A stretch of 64,000 nucleotides of DNA from Vulcanimicrobiota bacterium. Lineage in GTDB: Bacteria; Vulcanimicrobiota; Vulcanimicrobiia; Vulcanimicrobiales; Vulcanimicrobiaceae. The stretch lies in NCBI GenBank assembly GCA_963752625.1, contig CAVVYX010000006.1, positions 44,960 through 108,959 on the forward strand. Reading direction: 5' to 3'. Under the pieces are notes generated by a model. That model saw only the letters and a program-made list of their open reading frames with translations, was not told where the DNA came from and did not search any database. Positions 27,338-36,373 of the stretch are shown in pieces. The position numbers and the translations under genes are program-made. Each line of letters starts with the position of its first letter. Position 1 is the first letter of the stretch.

Positions 27338-28728
27338 CGACGCGTCTGGCGCGCCGCCTACGGTCGCTCGCGGCGATCGAGATTTCGCTCGTGCTCGCCG
27401 CGGTGATCGTGGCGGGCGCGTTGCTCGGGTTCGGCGTTTACATCCGGACGATAGAGAACGAGCTCGGCGGCACGCTCACGCAGCTTCAGGCCGCGTTATC
27501 GCGCACATCGCTTCCCAACGCGCGAGCGGGCGGCGCGTTCGCGGGGTCGCTGCTGCTCGGGGCCGGCAGCGAGATCGTGTTCCTGGATGCGAACACGCGC
27601 GTCACGGTGTACCGCGCGCACCGCGGCGACGCGCAGCCCACGATAACAATCCACCGGCGCGGCGACCTCTCGGGCGACCCGCGCCCGATCGGTCCGCTGG
27701 CCCGGGTCATCCTGGGCATGGCGACTGCGTTCGGCCTGCAACCGCTGTTCGCACGTGCCGGCGACCTGTACGTCATCGTGCGCAGCAACGACGGCGTGCT
27801 CGTTTCGACGGTGCGATTGTTCTTGATTCCCTTGCTGATCGCGCTGGCTATCGCCGTCGCGTGCGGTTTCCTGATCGCCGGGGTTCTCACGCGACAGGCG
27901 CTGCGGCCGCTCGACGACGTTACCGCGGCGCTGCAGCGCTTCGCCGCCGGCGACCTGGCGCCGCACACGATCGCTGCCGACGAGGGCCACGAGCTGGGGC
28001 AGCTCGCGGCGGCATATAACGGCGCCATCGATCAGCTGCAGCGCGCCTTCGCGGCCCGCGACCGCGCGAACGCGTCGATGCGGCAGTTCATCGCCGACGC
28101 CGGGCATCAGCTGCGCACGCCGCTCACCGTCGTGCAGGGATTCATCGCAATCTTGCGCCGCGGCGGCATCGAGAGCGGGCCCGATCGCGAACGCATTCTC
28201 GACACGATGAACGATCAGAGCCGCATCATGGGCTCGCTGATCGACAAGCTGATTCTGCTCGAGCGCTGGGAGAGCCCCGAGGCGATCGCGCGCGCCGTGC
28301 CGATCGACGTCGGGACGCTCGTTGCGGACTTGGTGACGCCGATCGCCGACGCGCATCCGGACCGCCGTTTTGTGATCTCGACCCAATCGGGCATCCTGGC
28401 GCTCATCGATCCGACCGAGCTCGGATACGTCGTGACCAACCTCGCGGATAACGCCGTAAAATACGGACTCGGCGAGATCGCGGTGCGCGTCCGCGGCGAG
28501 GACGCGCAGGCCGTAATCGAGGTCGCCGACCAGGGCCCGGGAATCCCATCGACCGACGCCGCTCGCATCTTCGATCGTTTCTATCGCGGAACGCAGCGCG
28601 ACGTGTCCGGTTCCGGACTCGGCCTCGCAATCGTGAAGCGCGCCGTCGAACGCGCCAACGGCACGATCTCGCTGGACACGAGCCCAAGCGGCTCGCGCTT
28701 CACGGTCCACCTGCCGCGCGCTGCCTAG
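27334..28728 (+). CDS. Sensor histidine kinase (two TM, HAMP, HisKA, HATPase)
   Basis: GTG at 27334 overlaps the regulator stop (GTGA). FIADAGHQLRTPL is the H-box. DNAVKY and GSGLGLAIV are the N and G2 boxes. Confidence 0.9.
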   Translation: MTTRLARRLRSLAAIEISLVLAAVIVAGALLGFGVYIRTIENELGGTLTQLQAALSRTSLPNARAGGAFAGSLLLGAGSEIVFLDANTRVTVYRAHRGDAQPTITIHRRGDLSGDPRPIGPLARVILGMATAFGLQPLFARAGDLYVIVRSNDGVLVSTVRLFLIPLLIALAIAVACGFLIAGVLTRQALRPLDDVTAALQRFAAGDLAPHTIAADEGHELGQLAAAYNGAIDQLQRAFAARDRANASMRQFIADAGHQLRTPLTVVQGFIAILRRGGIESGPDRERILDTMNDQSRIMGSLIDKLILLERWESPEAIARAVPIDVGTLVADLVTPIADAHPDRRFVISTQSGILALIDPTELGYVVTNLADNAVKYGLGEIAVRVRGEDAQAVIEVADQGPGIPSTDAARIFDRFYRGTQRDVSGSGLGLAIVKRAVERANGTISLDTSPSGSRFTVHLPRAA

Positions 28729-28771
28729 CTGCCACGGAGGTTTCGGTCACCTTGTCAATGTAGCCCCCGCC

Positions 28772-29026
28772 ATGGCAGACGAAAAAGCAGTATCTTTCGC
28801 GGCCGACATCCGGCCGCTGTTTCGCGACATAGACGTCGAACATATGAAGGGCCTCGGCGTGCCGCTCGACGACTACGCGTACATGTCGCAGCGCGCAAAC
28901 GCCGATAACGTCCTGAAGTTCTTGAACGGCGACGCGCAGCCGCAGATGCCGCCGAACGGCCCGTACTGGTCGGTGGAGCAGCTTGCGCTGTTCTCAAAGT
29001 GGATGGACGCGGGCTGCCCGCCCTAG
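28772..29026 (+). CDS. Small conserved-looking hypothetical protein
   Basis: 84-aa ORF with balanced composition (IRPLFRDIDVEHMK...WSVEQLALFSKWMDAGCP). No family recognised. Confidence 0.45.
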   Translation: MADEKAVSFAADIRPLFRDIDVEHMKGLGVPLDDYAYMSQRANADNVLKFLNGDAQPQMPPNGPYWSVEQLALFSKWMDAGCPP

Positions 29027-29502
29027 ACGACGAAGCCAACCTGCGCCGCGCGCTCGAGCTCGCCGAAGCAGCTGCGGCCGCCGGCGACGTCCCGATCGGC
29101 GCGGTGCTGATGTGCGGCGACCTGCGACTGGAAGCCAAGAACGAGAAGGAAGCGCGGCGCGATCCCACGGCCCACGCCGAGATGCTGCTCCTGCGCGAGG
29201 CGGCTCACCGTCTCGACGCGTGGCGTCTGTCGCGCGCCACGATGTATGTCACTAAGGAACCCTGCGTGATGTGCGCAGGCGCGCTGATAGCCGCACGCAT
29301 CGCGCGGCTCGTCTACGGAGCCCGCGATCCCAAGGGCGGCGCCGACGGCGGCGCCTTCGATATCCTGCGCTCGCCGCGCACGAATCACCGCCTCGAAGTC
29401 ACGGCCGGCGTTCTCGAGGCCGAGGCCGCCCAACAGCTGCAGCGATTCTTCCAAGCTCGCCGCGCGCGCGAGGCGAAAAAAGATATCGCCTCCGAGTCCT
29501 AA
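28999..29502 (+). CDS. tadA: tRNA-specific adenosine(34) deaminase
   Basis: HAEMLLLREA and PCVMCAGAL zinc-binding motifs (H-A-E, P-C-x-x-C). The start is uncertain because it overlaps the previous ORF. Confidence 0.85.
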   Translation: MDGRGLPALDDEANLRRALELAEAAAAAGDVPIGAVLMCGDLRLEAKNEKEARRDPTAHAEMLLLREAAHRLDAWRLSRATMYVTKEPCVMCAGALIAARIARLVYGARDPKGGADGGAFDILRSPRTNHRLEVTAGVLEAEAAQQLQRFFQARRAREAKKDIASES

Positions 29503-29514
29503 AAGAATACCCGC

Positions 29515-29605
29515 GGAGAGGTGGTCGAGTGGTTGAAGGCACCCGCCTCGAAAGCGGGCGAACGTTAACAGCGTTCCGTGAGTTCGAATCTCACCCTCTC
29601 CGCCA
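29515..29605 (+). tRNA. tRNA-Ser(CGA), CCA encoded
   Basis: Acceptor GGAGAGG/CCTCTCC, anticodon stem CCCGC/GCGGG with loop CTCGAAA, long variable arm, T loop TTCGAAT. Confidence 0.9.
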
Positions 29606-29611
29606 CTAGCG

Positions 29612-30499
29612 GTGAAAGGCCTACGGTTCGAAGTAATTGCAGACGAGGCGGTGCGCGTGCATGCCGGAGAACCGCTCGCGTCGTCCTATCAGCTGAGCCC
29701 TTTCGTCTGGCACGCGGCCGGCGGCTTCGAAGTCATGCTTCGCGCCGTCCCTTTCTCGGACGACGCAGCGCAGAAGATCGCGCGCCTCTATCACGGGCGA
29801 TCGGAGGATGGGCTCCTCTTCCACATGGATGGCGCGCCGGCCATCGCACCCGGACCGGAACCGGAGGATCGCGACGGCTGCGAAGACCCGACGGTGGCGA
29901 TCGCCTCGGGCGCCACTCACGTGTATTACACCGGCTGGAATCAGGCGGAGCGCAGCGGCTGCCTGATGCTCGCTTCGGGGCCGGACGCGTCGCATCTCGT
30001 CAAACGCGGCGTCGCGCTGTCGTCGAGCCCGGATCTACTGAACCCGAAAGAGGCCGAAATCGCGCAGACCGGCGACAAGACCTGGCGCCTCTTCTTCGAG
30101 TACGCGAACGGCGGTGCTTCGTGCATCGGCCTCGCCGTTTCGGAGCGCGTGGATGGGCCGTGGCGCGTCGGCGCGCCGCCCTTTACGCGGAGGCCGGCGA
30201 GCTGGGACTCCTGGCACCTCAGCACGGGGCCTGCGGTGAGCGTGGACGGGACTCCGGTGATGTTCTACAACGGCGCGACGCCCGACGCGAAGTGGCGCAT
30301 CGGATGGATTTGCTTCGATGCCGATTTTGCGCGCGTGCTGGAGCGCTGCGCCGAGCCGCTGATCGTCCCCCCGTCTCCTAAAGGCGACGACACCGACATC
30401 GCGTTCGCCGCCTCGGCCTTATACGAAGGCGATCTCGTCCGCGTATACTATTCGGTTGCCGATCAATATCTGCGACGGGCGACCCTGCTGCGACGATAG
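29612..30499 (+). CDS. Beta-propeller glycosidase-like protein (GH130/DUF377-like)
   Basis: CEDPTVA, YYTGWN, WHLSTGP, FYNGAT...WRIGW and YYSVADQ fit the 5-bladed propeller glycosidase/phosphorylase pattern. The family assignment is tentative. Confidence 0.5.
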   Translation: MKGLRFEVIADEAVRVHAGEPLASSYQLSPFVWHAAGGFEVMLRAVPFSDDAAQKIARLYHGRSEDGLLFHMDGAPAIAPGPEPEDRDGCEDPTVAIASGATHVYYTGWNQAERSGCLMLASGPDASHLVKRGVALSSSPDLLNPKEAEIAQTGDKTWRLFFEYANGGASCIGLAVSERVDGPWRVGAPPFTRRPASWDSWHLSTGPAVSVDGTPVMFYNGATPDAKWRIGWICFDADFARVLERCAEPLIVPPSPKGDDTDIAFAASALYEGDLVRVYYSVADQYLRRATLLRR

Positions 30500-30506
30500 A
30501 GCGAAT

Positions 30507-30580
30507 CGCGCCCGGAGGGATTCGAACCCCCGATCCCAGCCTTCGGAGGGCTGTGCGTTATCCAGCTACGCTACGGGCGC
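30507..30580 (-). tRNA. tRNA-Arg(CCG)
   Basis: The reverse complement gives acceptor GCGCCCG/CGGGCGC, anticodon stem CAGCC/GGCTG with loop CTCCGAA, and T loop TTCGAAT. Confidence 0.9.
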
Positions 30581-30592
30581 AGGCGATGGCGC

Positions 30593-30829
30593 TCAACGAG
30601 TCGCGTCCGGCGGCGCTCCCGCGCTCGGAATGTGCTTGAAGAGATCCAGTTTGTGATCCACGAGCGTCCGATAAAACTTGCGCACGCAGTCCGGATGCCC
30701 AAAGAAATACGTCCTCGCGTATGCGAGATCTTCGCCGGAGCTATCCGGCACGTAGTGCGAGATCTCGATTTCCTCCATCTGTCCCCGGTCGACGGGGTGG
30801 GGGCAGAAATCGCACGGAATCGTCGACAT
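30593..30829 (-). CDS. Small hypothetical protein between two tRNA genes
   Basis: 78-aa ORF (MSTIPCDFCPHPVD...GHPDCVRKFY), possibly a Cys/His metal site. No family recognised. Confidence 0.35.
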   Translation of the reverse strand: MSTIPCDFCPHPVDRGQMEEIEISHYVPDSSGEDLAYARTYFFGHPDCVRKFYRTLVDHKLDLFKHIPSAGAPPDATR

Positions 30830-30856
30830 GAAATGACACCTTAACCCTTTGCGTTT

Positions 30857-30928
30857 TGGCTCGGGTAGGACTTGAACCTACGACCAAGGGCTTATGAGTC
30901 CCCTGCTCTACCACTGAGCTACCGAGCC
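30857..30928 (-). tRNA. tRNA with CAT anticodon (elongator Met, or Ile2 if lysidinylated)
   Basis: The reverse complement is GGCTCGGTAGCTCAGTGGTAGAGCAGGGGACTCATAAGCCC...GGTTCAAGTCCTACCCGAGCCA. The G1-C72 pair argues against an initiator. Confidence 0.8.
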
Positions 30929-31032
30929 GCGGCCCACTTACGCGGTTTCGACACCGCAGTATATCAGGACCCGCGGGCGGCCACAAGCGCTGCGATGGTT
31001 GCGGCCGCGGCGCGGGGAAGCTACCGCGGGAT

Positions 31033-32571
31033 ATGCCGCACCGCGGGTTTTGCCGTGCCGTGCTACTGGCCTGCGTGAGCCTCGGCGTGCCGCTATGCGC
31101 CTCCGCGGCGCCCGGCAATCCCGTCGCGGCGCTGCTCGCCAAACATCGCACATTCGTTGGATGGCAGTTGGGCGACGGATCCTTCCGCACGCTGCGTCTC
31201 ACGCGCGAGCGCCTCGATGCCGACGGCGCCGTCACGCAACGCGCGACCGAATACCGTGCCGGCATCGTCTATCGAAACCACTACGTCTTTCCCAAGCGCG
31301 CCGATTCCGTCGAGGACAGCGGCTTTACCGGCGGCGTGTTCTGGAGCGCCAACCAAAACGGCTTCACCACACCGCTCTACGGCGACCTGGCCAAGTTCCG
31401 CTTGAGCTACGCGTTGCTGTTTAACGAGGGCACCACAGCGCTCCAGGGCACGATAGGCGGCCCAGTGAGCGTCGAAGGCAGGCAGCTGCAGAGCCTGCGT
31501 CTCTACGTTCCGCATGCCGATGCCATCGAAGTCGACGTCGATCCGGATTCGGGTGCCTACGTGCGCGCGGTGATCGATCCCGGCGGCGACGAAGAGACGA
31601 CTGTCCGCATCTTGTCGTACGCCGCCGTGTCGCCGGAGAGAAAGACGATCGGCTCGTTTCGCATCGGCGAGAAAGCGCGCGACACGTACACCTACACGAG
31701 GATCGAGCCGAACGCCACAGTCACCGACGCCGACTTGCATCCTCCGCCGGCCCGCGCCGCCTGGACGTTCGCGAATCCCAAGCCGATTCCGATCACGGTG
31801 ACGCCGCAGCGCGCGCTCATCGACGCGAAGATCAACGGCGTCAAGGGCCGGTTCATCGTCGACACCGGCGCGAACGCGATCTTCCTGAACCGCTCGTTCG
31901 CGGATCGGGCCAAGGTGGCGAAGCTCAACGGTAGCGGGATGGCGCTCGGGCTCTACGGAGCCGAGCCGTCCGACACGCGGCGGGCCGAGACGGTCGAGAT
32001 CGGCGGCAACGTGCTGTCCAACGTCGTCGTCGAGGCCACCGACTTCAACTCGCGTGATTACCGCGGGCTCGACCGCCAGAACTACGACGGCCTCCTAGGA
32101 TACGACGTCTTCGCCGGCGCGCTCGTCACCGTCGACTTTGCGGCGCAGACGATGACGATCGCGGATCCGGCGACGCAGCAGGGCGATCCAAGCGGCCTGG
32201 GCGTCCTCACGGACACGTCGGGATGGATCCCGACGATCCCGATGACGCTCAACCGGAGCATCGCGGTAAAAGCGATGCTCGACACGGGCGATCCGGGCGC
32301 GATCGTCTTCGGACCCGACATCCTCTACAAGTATCACCTGCGGATGGCGCGCAACATCGGCGTCCGCGCGGGCATGGGCAGCGTCGAGTGCGGGAACATC
32401 GACACGCTCCAGATCGGCCCGATCACCTATTACGGCGAGATGGCCTGCAAGCTCGATACCGACCTCATCAACGGGCGCAGGATCCTCGTGGGGCTGGACT
32501 TCTTGCGCCACTTCACCGTGGTTTTCGACTACCCGCGGGGCCGGTTATTTCTGCAGCCCCTGCGCAACTAG
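31033..32571 (+). CDS. Secreted protein with two retropepsin-like aspartic protease motifs
   Basis: Signal peptide VLLACVSLGVPLCASA. FIVDTGANAIFL and AMLDTGDPGAIVF are two D-T-G active-site-like motifs. Confidence 0.65.
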   Translation: MPHRGFCRAVLLACVSLGVPLCASAAPGNPVAALLAKHRTFVGWQLGDGSFRTLRLTRERLDADGAVTQRATEYRAGIVYRNHYVFPKRADSVEDSGFTGGVFWSANQNGFTTPLYGDLAKFRLSYALLFNEGTTALQGTIGGPVSVEGRQLQSLRLYVPHADAIEVDVDPDSGAYVRAVIDPGGDEETTVRILSYAAVSPERKTIGSFRIGEKARDTYTYTRIEPNATVTDADLHPPPARAAWTFANPKPIPITVTPQRALIDAKINGVKGRFIVDTGANAIFLNRSFADRAKVAKLNGSGMALGLYGAEPSDTRRAETVEIGGNVLSNVVVEATDFNSRDYRGLDRQNYDGLLGYDVFAGALVTVDFAAQTMTIADPATQQGDPSGLGVLTDTSGWIPTIPMTLNRSIAVKAMLDTGDPGAIVFGPDILYKYHLRMARNIGVRAGMGSVECGNIDTLQIGPITYYGEMACKLDTDLINGRRILVGLDFLRHFTVVFDYPRGRLFLQPLRN

Positions 32572-32585
32572 CGGCGCCCGGGCGC

Positions 32586-33195
32586 CTATCGCAGGACGAA
32601 CTTTTCGATCAGGCAGTCGTACTTAAAGTGCGGGCCGTGGTCTTCTTCCATCACGCCGCGGCCGAGCGAGTAGCCGTAATTGTGCGTCCCACCGCTCTCG
32701 AAGTACGGCGCCACCCAGAAGGTGCCGAGCCGGGTCTTGTTCGTGTACTCGAAGCCCACGAAGACGCGGCTGATTTTCCCGTGGTTGGCGTTGGGATAGT
32801 CATAGTGTTTGTTGAGCACCGGCTTCGCCGCCACGATCTGCGTCGGCTTGACCGAGACGATCTTTCCGCGGACGAGATAACCATAGATCCAAGTGTCGCC
32901 CTTGGCATCGTTGCCGAGCAGCTGCACCACGCGAACCGACTTCTTCGGCGAGCTCGGGATCTGCAGCGAGAGCGCGTACGCGACGCGTCCGTGCACGTGG
33001 TAGGCGCCGGTGACGCGATCCTCGATCGTAAAGCTGTTGGCGCAGATGAACTTCCAGTAGTCGCCCACGGCGAGCGGTTGGTAGACCTTCGTCGCCTCCG
33101 GCGTAAGCGGGGCACCCGGCGCAGGCGGGTTGGCGTTCGACGATGCGGATGCGCACGCGACCAGGAGACCAGCGCTTAAGATTCCGGCAATAGCA
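32586..33195 (-). CDS. Putative lipoprotein, function unknown (start codon unresolved)
   Basis: ILSAGLLVACASAS is a lipobox. The ORF-track N-terminus is a translation of the adjacent tRNA. There is no ATG/GTG/TTG between the tRNA and the lipobox. Confidence 0.5.
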
Positions 33196-33210
33196 GTTGG
33201 ATAAGGAAAT

Positions 33211-33284
33211 CGCGGTCGGAGGGACTCGAACCCCCAACCTACAAGTTCGTAGCCTGTTGCTCTATCCAATTGAGCTACGACCGC
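33211..33284 (-). tRNA. tRNA-Arg(ACG)
   Basis: The reverse complement gives acceptor GCGGTCG/CGACCGC, anticodon loop CTACGAA and T loop TTCGAGT. Confidence 0.9.
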
Positions 33285-33306
33285 GCACCTTTCTCTTCTG
33301 TTCCTT

Positions 33307-33396
33307 CGGAGAGAGAGGGATTCGAACCCTCGATACGACTTTACACCGTATAACGGTTTAGCAAACCGCCGCCTTCAGCCGCTCGGCCATCTCTCC
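33307..33396 (-). tRNA. tRNA-Ser(GCU)
   Basis: The reverse complement gives acceptor GGAGAGA/TCTCTCC, anticodon loop TTGCTAA, long variable arm and T loop TTCGAAT. Confidence 0.9.
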
Positions 33397-33449
33397 CGAA
33401 GCGGTCCAAACTATACCACGCTCGCGGCTGCGGAACCTAGCGCGACCGT

Positions 33450-33986
33450 CTACGGCGGCGCCGTTGGGCGGTCCAGGGGCCGCTCGGGTACCACCTCCGG
33501 AACCACCGCGGTCTTGGCGCGCCGGCGCGTGAAGAATGCGTCTAGGCCCGCCACGCGGCCGGTCGGCAGCACGAGGCTGATCGCGGAGAGCAGCGCCATG
33601 CACGCGTCGACGGTCGACCAATCGGTGAACGTCGTCAGCGCGCCGCGCGCCGCCATGTAATCCAGCGGGAGCACGATGCCGAAGAAACCGCCGAGCCGCG
33701 TAAAGAGGCCGAGCACGAGCGAGATTCCGACGCAAACTTCGCCGAGCCGCACGAGCTCCGCGAAGATCCCGATATTGGGCTGCACGACGCCGACGAGAAA
33801 GTCGTGATACGGTCCGGCCGTCTTGCCGATGCCCTCCTGGATGTAGCTGACGATGAATCCGGACGGCGGCATGAATGCCGCGCTGTTGGTGAACTTCGGA
33901 ATGCCGTGGATCAGCCAGATGAGCCCGGTGAGGACGCGCACGAGCGCGAGCCATCCGCCATAGGCGCGTGAGGAGGGAAGGTTCAT
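33450..33986 (-). CDS. DoxX-family membrane protein
   Basis: ATG at 33986 (ATGA overlap with the upstream gene). WLALVRVLTGLIWLIHGIPKF and four hydrophobic helices. Confidence 0.8.
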   Translation of the reverse strand: MNLPSSRAYGGWLALVRVLTGLIWLIHGIPKFTNSAAFMPPSGFIVSYIQEGIGKTAGPYHDFLVGVVQPNIGIFAELVRLGEVCVGISLVLGLFTRLGGFFGIVLPLDYMAARGALTTFTDWSTVDACMALLSAISLVLPTGRVAGLDAFFTRRRAKTAVVPEVVPERPLDRPTAPP

Positions 33987-35365
33987 GCGACGATCTCCTT
34001 TCGCTCTTTCACTAGGGCCGCGATCATCGCGGCCGCGTCCCGCGCTGCGTTGGGGCGCCCGAGCCGCCGCGCTGCGGCGATGATACTCGCGCGGCGAGCG
34101 GCATCCGACAGCACGGCGTCGATTGCCGCGGGAAGCTCCTCGATGCGCCGCGTTCGCAGCGCCGCTCCGGCATCCACCAGCACGCGTGCGTTGCGCTCCT
34201 CTTGCCCCGGCAGCGGCTTGCACAGCACCATGGGCACCTGCGCGACGAGCGCCTCCGCGGTACTGAGCCCGCCCGGTTTGGTTACGAGGACGTCCGCAGC
34301 GTGCATGTAGTCGTAGACGTTCTCTACGAAGCGCAGCGCGCGCACCGGATACTCCACGCTCTCGGCGACGCGCATGAGACGCTGCTCGATGCGAGCGTTT
34401 CTACCCGCAACGACGACCGCCGCAAGCGGCGCACGCATGGAGCGCAGCGCCGACAGCATGCGCTCGAGCGGCGCGATCCCTAGCCCGCCCCCCATGAGCA
34501 GCGCCACGTTACGATCGGCGGGCAGGTTGAGACGCTCGCGCAGCGCCGCGCGCGACTCGGCGCCCGGTGCAAACTGCGGCCGTACCGGAATTCCCGTCAC
34601 GCCGATCCGTTCGGGCGCGACGCCGCGCGCCGTAAGCGCGTCGCGCAGGCTCTCGTTCGCGACGACGTAGCGGTCTATGTTCTGGTGGATCCAGAAACCG
34701 TGGACCGCGAAGTCCGTGACGATGGCGACCACCGGCGGCGAGTCGGCGAAGGAGCGCTTGTACTCGGCCATCGCGCCGCTCGGAAATGCGTGAGTGCAGA
34801 CCACGGCGTGCGGCCGCTCGCGCAGCATCAGCGGGCGCAGGTTGGCCGCGGTGAACTGATGCGCCCACGTACGAAAGCGGCCGACCTCGGTCGCGCGCTC
34901 CGCGCGGTCGTAGATGTACCGATACATCTGGGGGATCGTCTTCACCATTCGCAGATACCCGTCGGAGACGACCCGTGACACGACCAAAGCTGCATAGTCA
35001 TAGGAGTCGACGACCGTGGTCTGAACGGACGGGTCCGCAGCGCGCAATGCCTCGCCGACGGCGTTCGCCGCCGATACGTGACCGACACCCACGTTAGCGG
35101 ACAAAAACAGAATGCGAATTACTTTTTGCTCCTCTTCCGCAAAATCCAGGAACTCATCGAGCACCCGCTGCGCCAGCTCCTCGTCCTCGAGAATGTTCCC
35201 TGCGGAATCCGTAACGATGAACTGCCCCTCGCCGTTACCGGCGGCCTCGTGCCAGAGCACCGCGTACGAGGCCGCCGCATCGGGATCTTCCAAAATCCCG
35301 ACGACCTCGAAGTCGTACGACTTGCCGTCGCTCGTTTGCACGTGGAGCACCTCGCTCAGCTCCAT
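33983..35365 (-). CDS. In-frame fusion of a DUF1292 (YrzB-like) domain and a UgtP/MGDG-synthase-like GT28 glycosyltransferase
   Basis: N-terminal 80 aa TSDGKSYDFEVVGILED...SYAVLWHE...ILEDEELAQRVLDEFLDF fit the DUF1292 pattern. Then ILFLSANVGVGHVSAANAV and the C-terminal GT-B half. One uninterrupted ORF. Confidence 0.8.
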   Translation of the reverse strand: MELSEVLHVQTSDGKSYDFEVVGILEDPDAAASYAVLWHEAAGNGEGQFIVTDSAGNILEDEELAQRVLDEFLDFAEEEQKVIRILFLSANVGVGHVSAANAVGEALRAADPSVQTTVVDSYDYAALVVSRVVSDGYLRMVKTIPQMYRYIYDRAERATEVGRFRTWAHQFTAANLRPLMLRERPHAVVCTHAFPSGAMAEYKRSFADSPPVVAIVTDFAVHGFWIHQNIDRYVVANESLRDALTARGVAPERIGVTGIPVRPQFAPGAESRAALRERLNLPADRNVALLMGGGLGIAPLERMLSALRSMRAPLAAVVVAGRNARIEQRLMRVAESVEYPVRALRFVENVYDYMHAADVLVTKPGGLSTAEALVAQVPMVLCKPLPGQEERNARVLVDAGAALRTRRIEELPAAIDAVLSDAARRASIIAAARRLGRPNAARDAAAMIAALVKERKEIVA

Positions 35366-35377
35366 TCCTGAGCCTCC

Positions 35378-36373
35378 TTAATGCAGGCACCGGGCGACAT
35401 TGGCCTGATGCTCCGCCAGCGTCTTCGCGAACACGTGACGACCGTTTCCGCAGTAGACGTAATACAGGTCGTCGCCTTTCGCTGGGTGGAGCGCGGCCTC
35501 CAGCGAGGGGAGCCCCGGGTTGGCGATGGGCGTCGGGGGCAAGCCGGCGCGGGCGTAGGTGTTATACGGCGAGTCGATCTTCAGGTCCGAAAACGACAGC
35601 TCGGTCTTATGCTTGGGCAATGCATATTCGATCGTGGCATCGACCTGCAGGGGCATTCCCAATCTGAGCCGGTTGTAAATCACTCCGGCGATCTTCGGAC
35701 GGTCCTGTTCGCTCTTGGCCTCGCGCTCTACGAGCGACGCGACCGTGACGGCCTGAGGCACGCTGACCTGCAGCGCGCGTGCTCTAGTCGCGGCATCCGC
35801 GGGCAGCTCTTTGAGGAACTCGGACGTCAGCATGTTCGCCGCCTGCCAGGGCCCTGCTCCGAGCGGCACGAGGTAGGTGCTCGGGAAGAGAAAGCCTTCG
35901 AGGTTTTTCGTGTGCGCGCCGGCGACGACCAGAGTCTCGCGCATGAACTCGCGATAGTACGGCGGCGCGGGGCCGATCCCGGACTCTTCGAGACGACTCG
36001 CGATCTGCTCTGCGGTGAAGCCTTCGGGGATCGCGACCCAAGCCGCCACCTGCGCGCCGCCGCTGACCAGCGCGCGGAGCACGGCGTCCTGCGTTTGACG
36101 CGGCGTGAAGCGGTACTCGCCCGCGCGCACGGCGACGTCTTGCCGGCGCAGCCGGGCCAGGACTCGAAACGTCCACACGTTGCTGATTATTCCGTCCTCG
36201 GCGAGCAGGCGCGCGATGTCGTCGAAGGTTGAGCCGCGCGCGACGATGACCTGCGTGGCGGCCCCGGGATGCGAACGGTCGCCGTAGAGCGCGTAGCCTA
36301 ACGCACCGGCCGCCACGAGGAGCGCGAGCGCGCACGCGGCTGCGCCGAGCGCGACGCGCCGCACGAGCTTCAC
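35378..36373 (-). CDS. mltG: Endolytic murein transglycosylase (YceG-like)
   Basis: N-terminal TM. SLVEREAK, IAGVIYNRL, DATIEYAL and SPYNTY motifs. Confidence 0.85.
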   Translation of the reverse strand: MKLVRRVALGAAACALALLVAAGALGYALYGDRSHPGAATQVIVARGSTFDDIARLLAEDGIISNVWTFRVLARLRRQDVAVRAGEYRFTPRQTQDAVLRALVSGGAQVAAWVAIPEGFTAEQIASRLEESGIGPAPPYYREFMRETLVVAGAHTKNLEGFLFPSTYLVPLGAGPWQAANMLTSEFLKELPADAATRARALQVSVPQAVTVASLVEREAKSEQDRPKIAGVIYNRLRLGMPLQVDATIEYALPKHKTELSFSDLKIDSPYNTYARAGLPPTPIANPGLPSLEAALHPAKGDDLYYVYCGNGRHVFAKTLAEHQANVARCLH

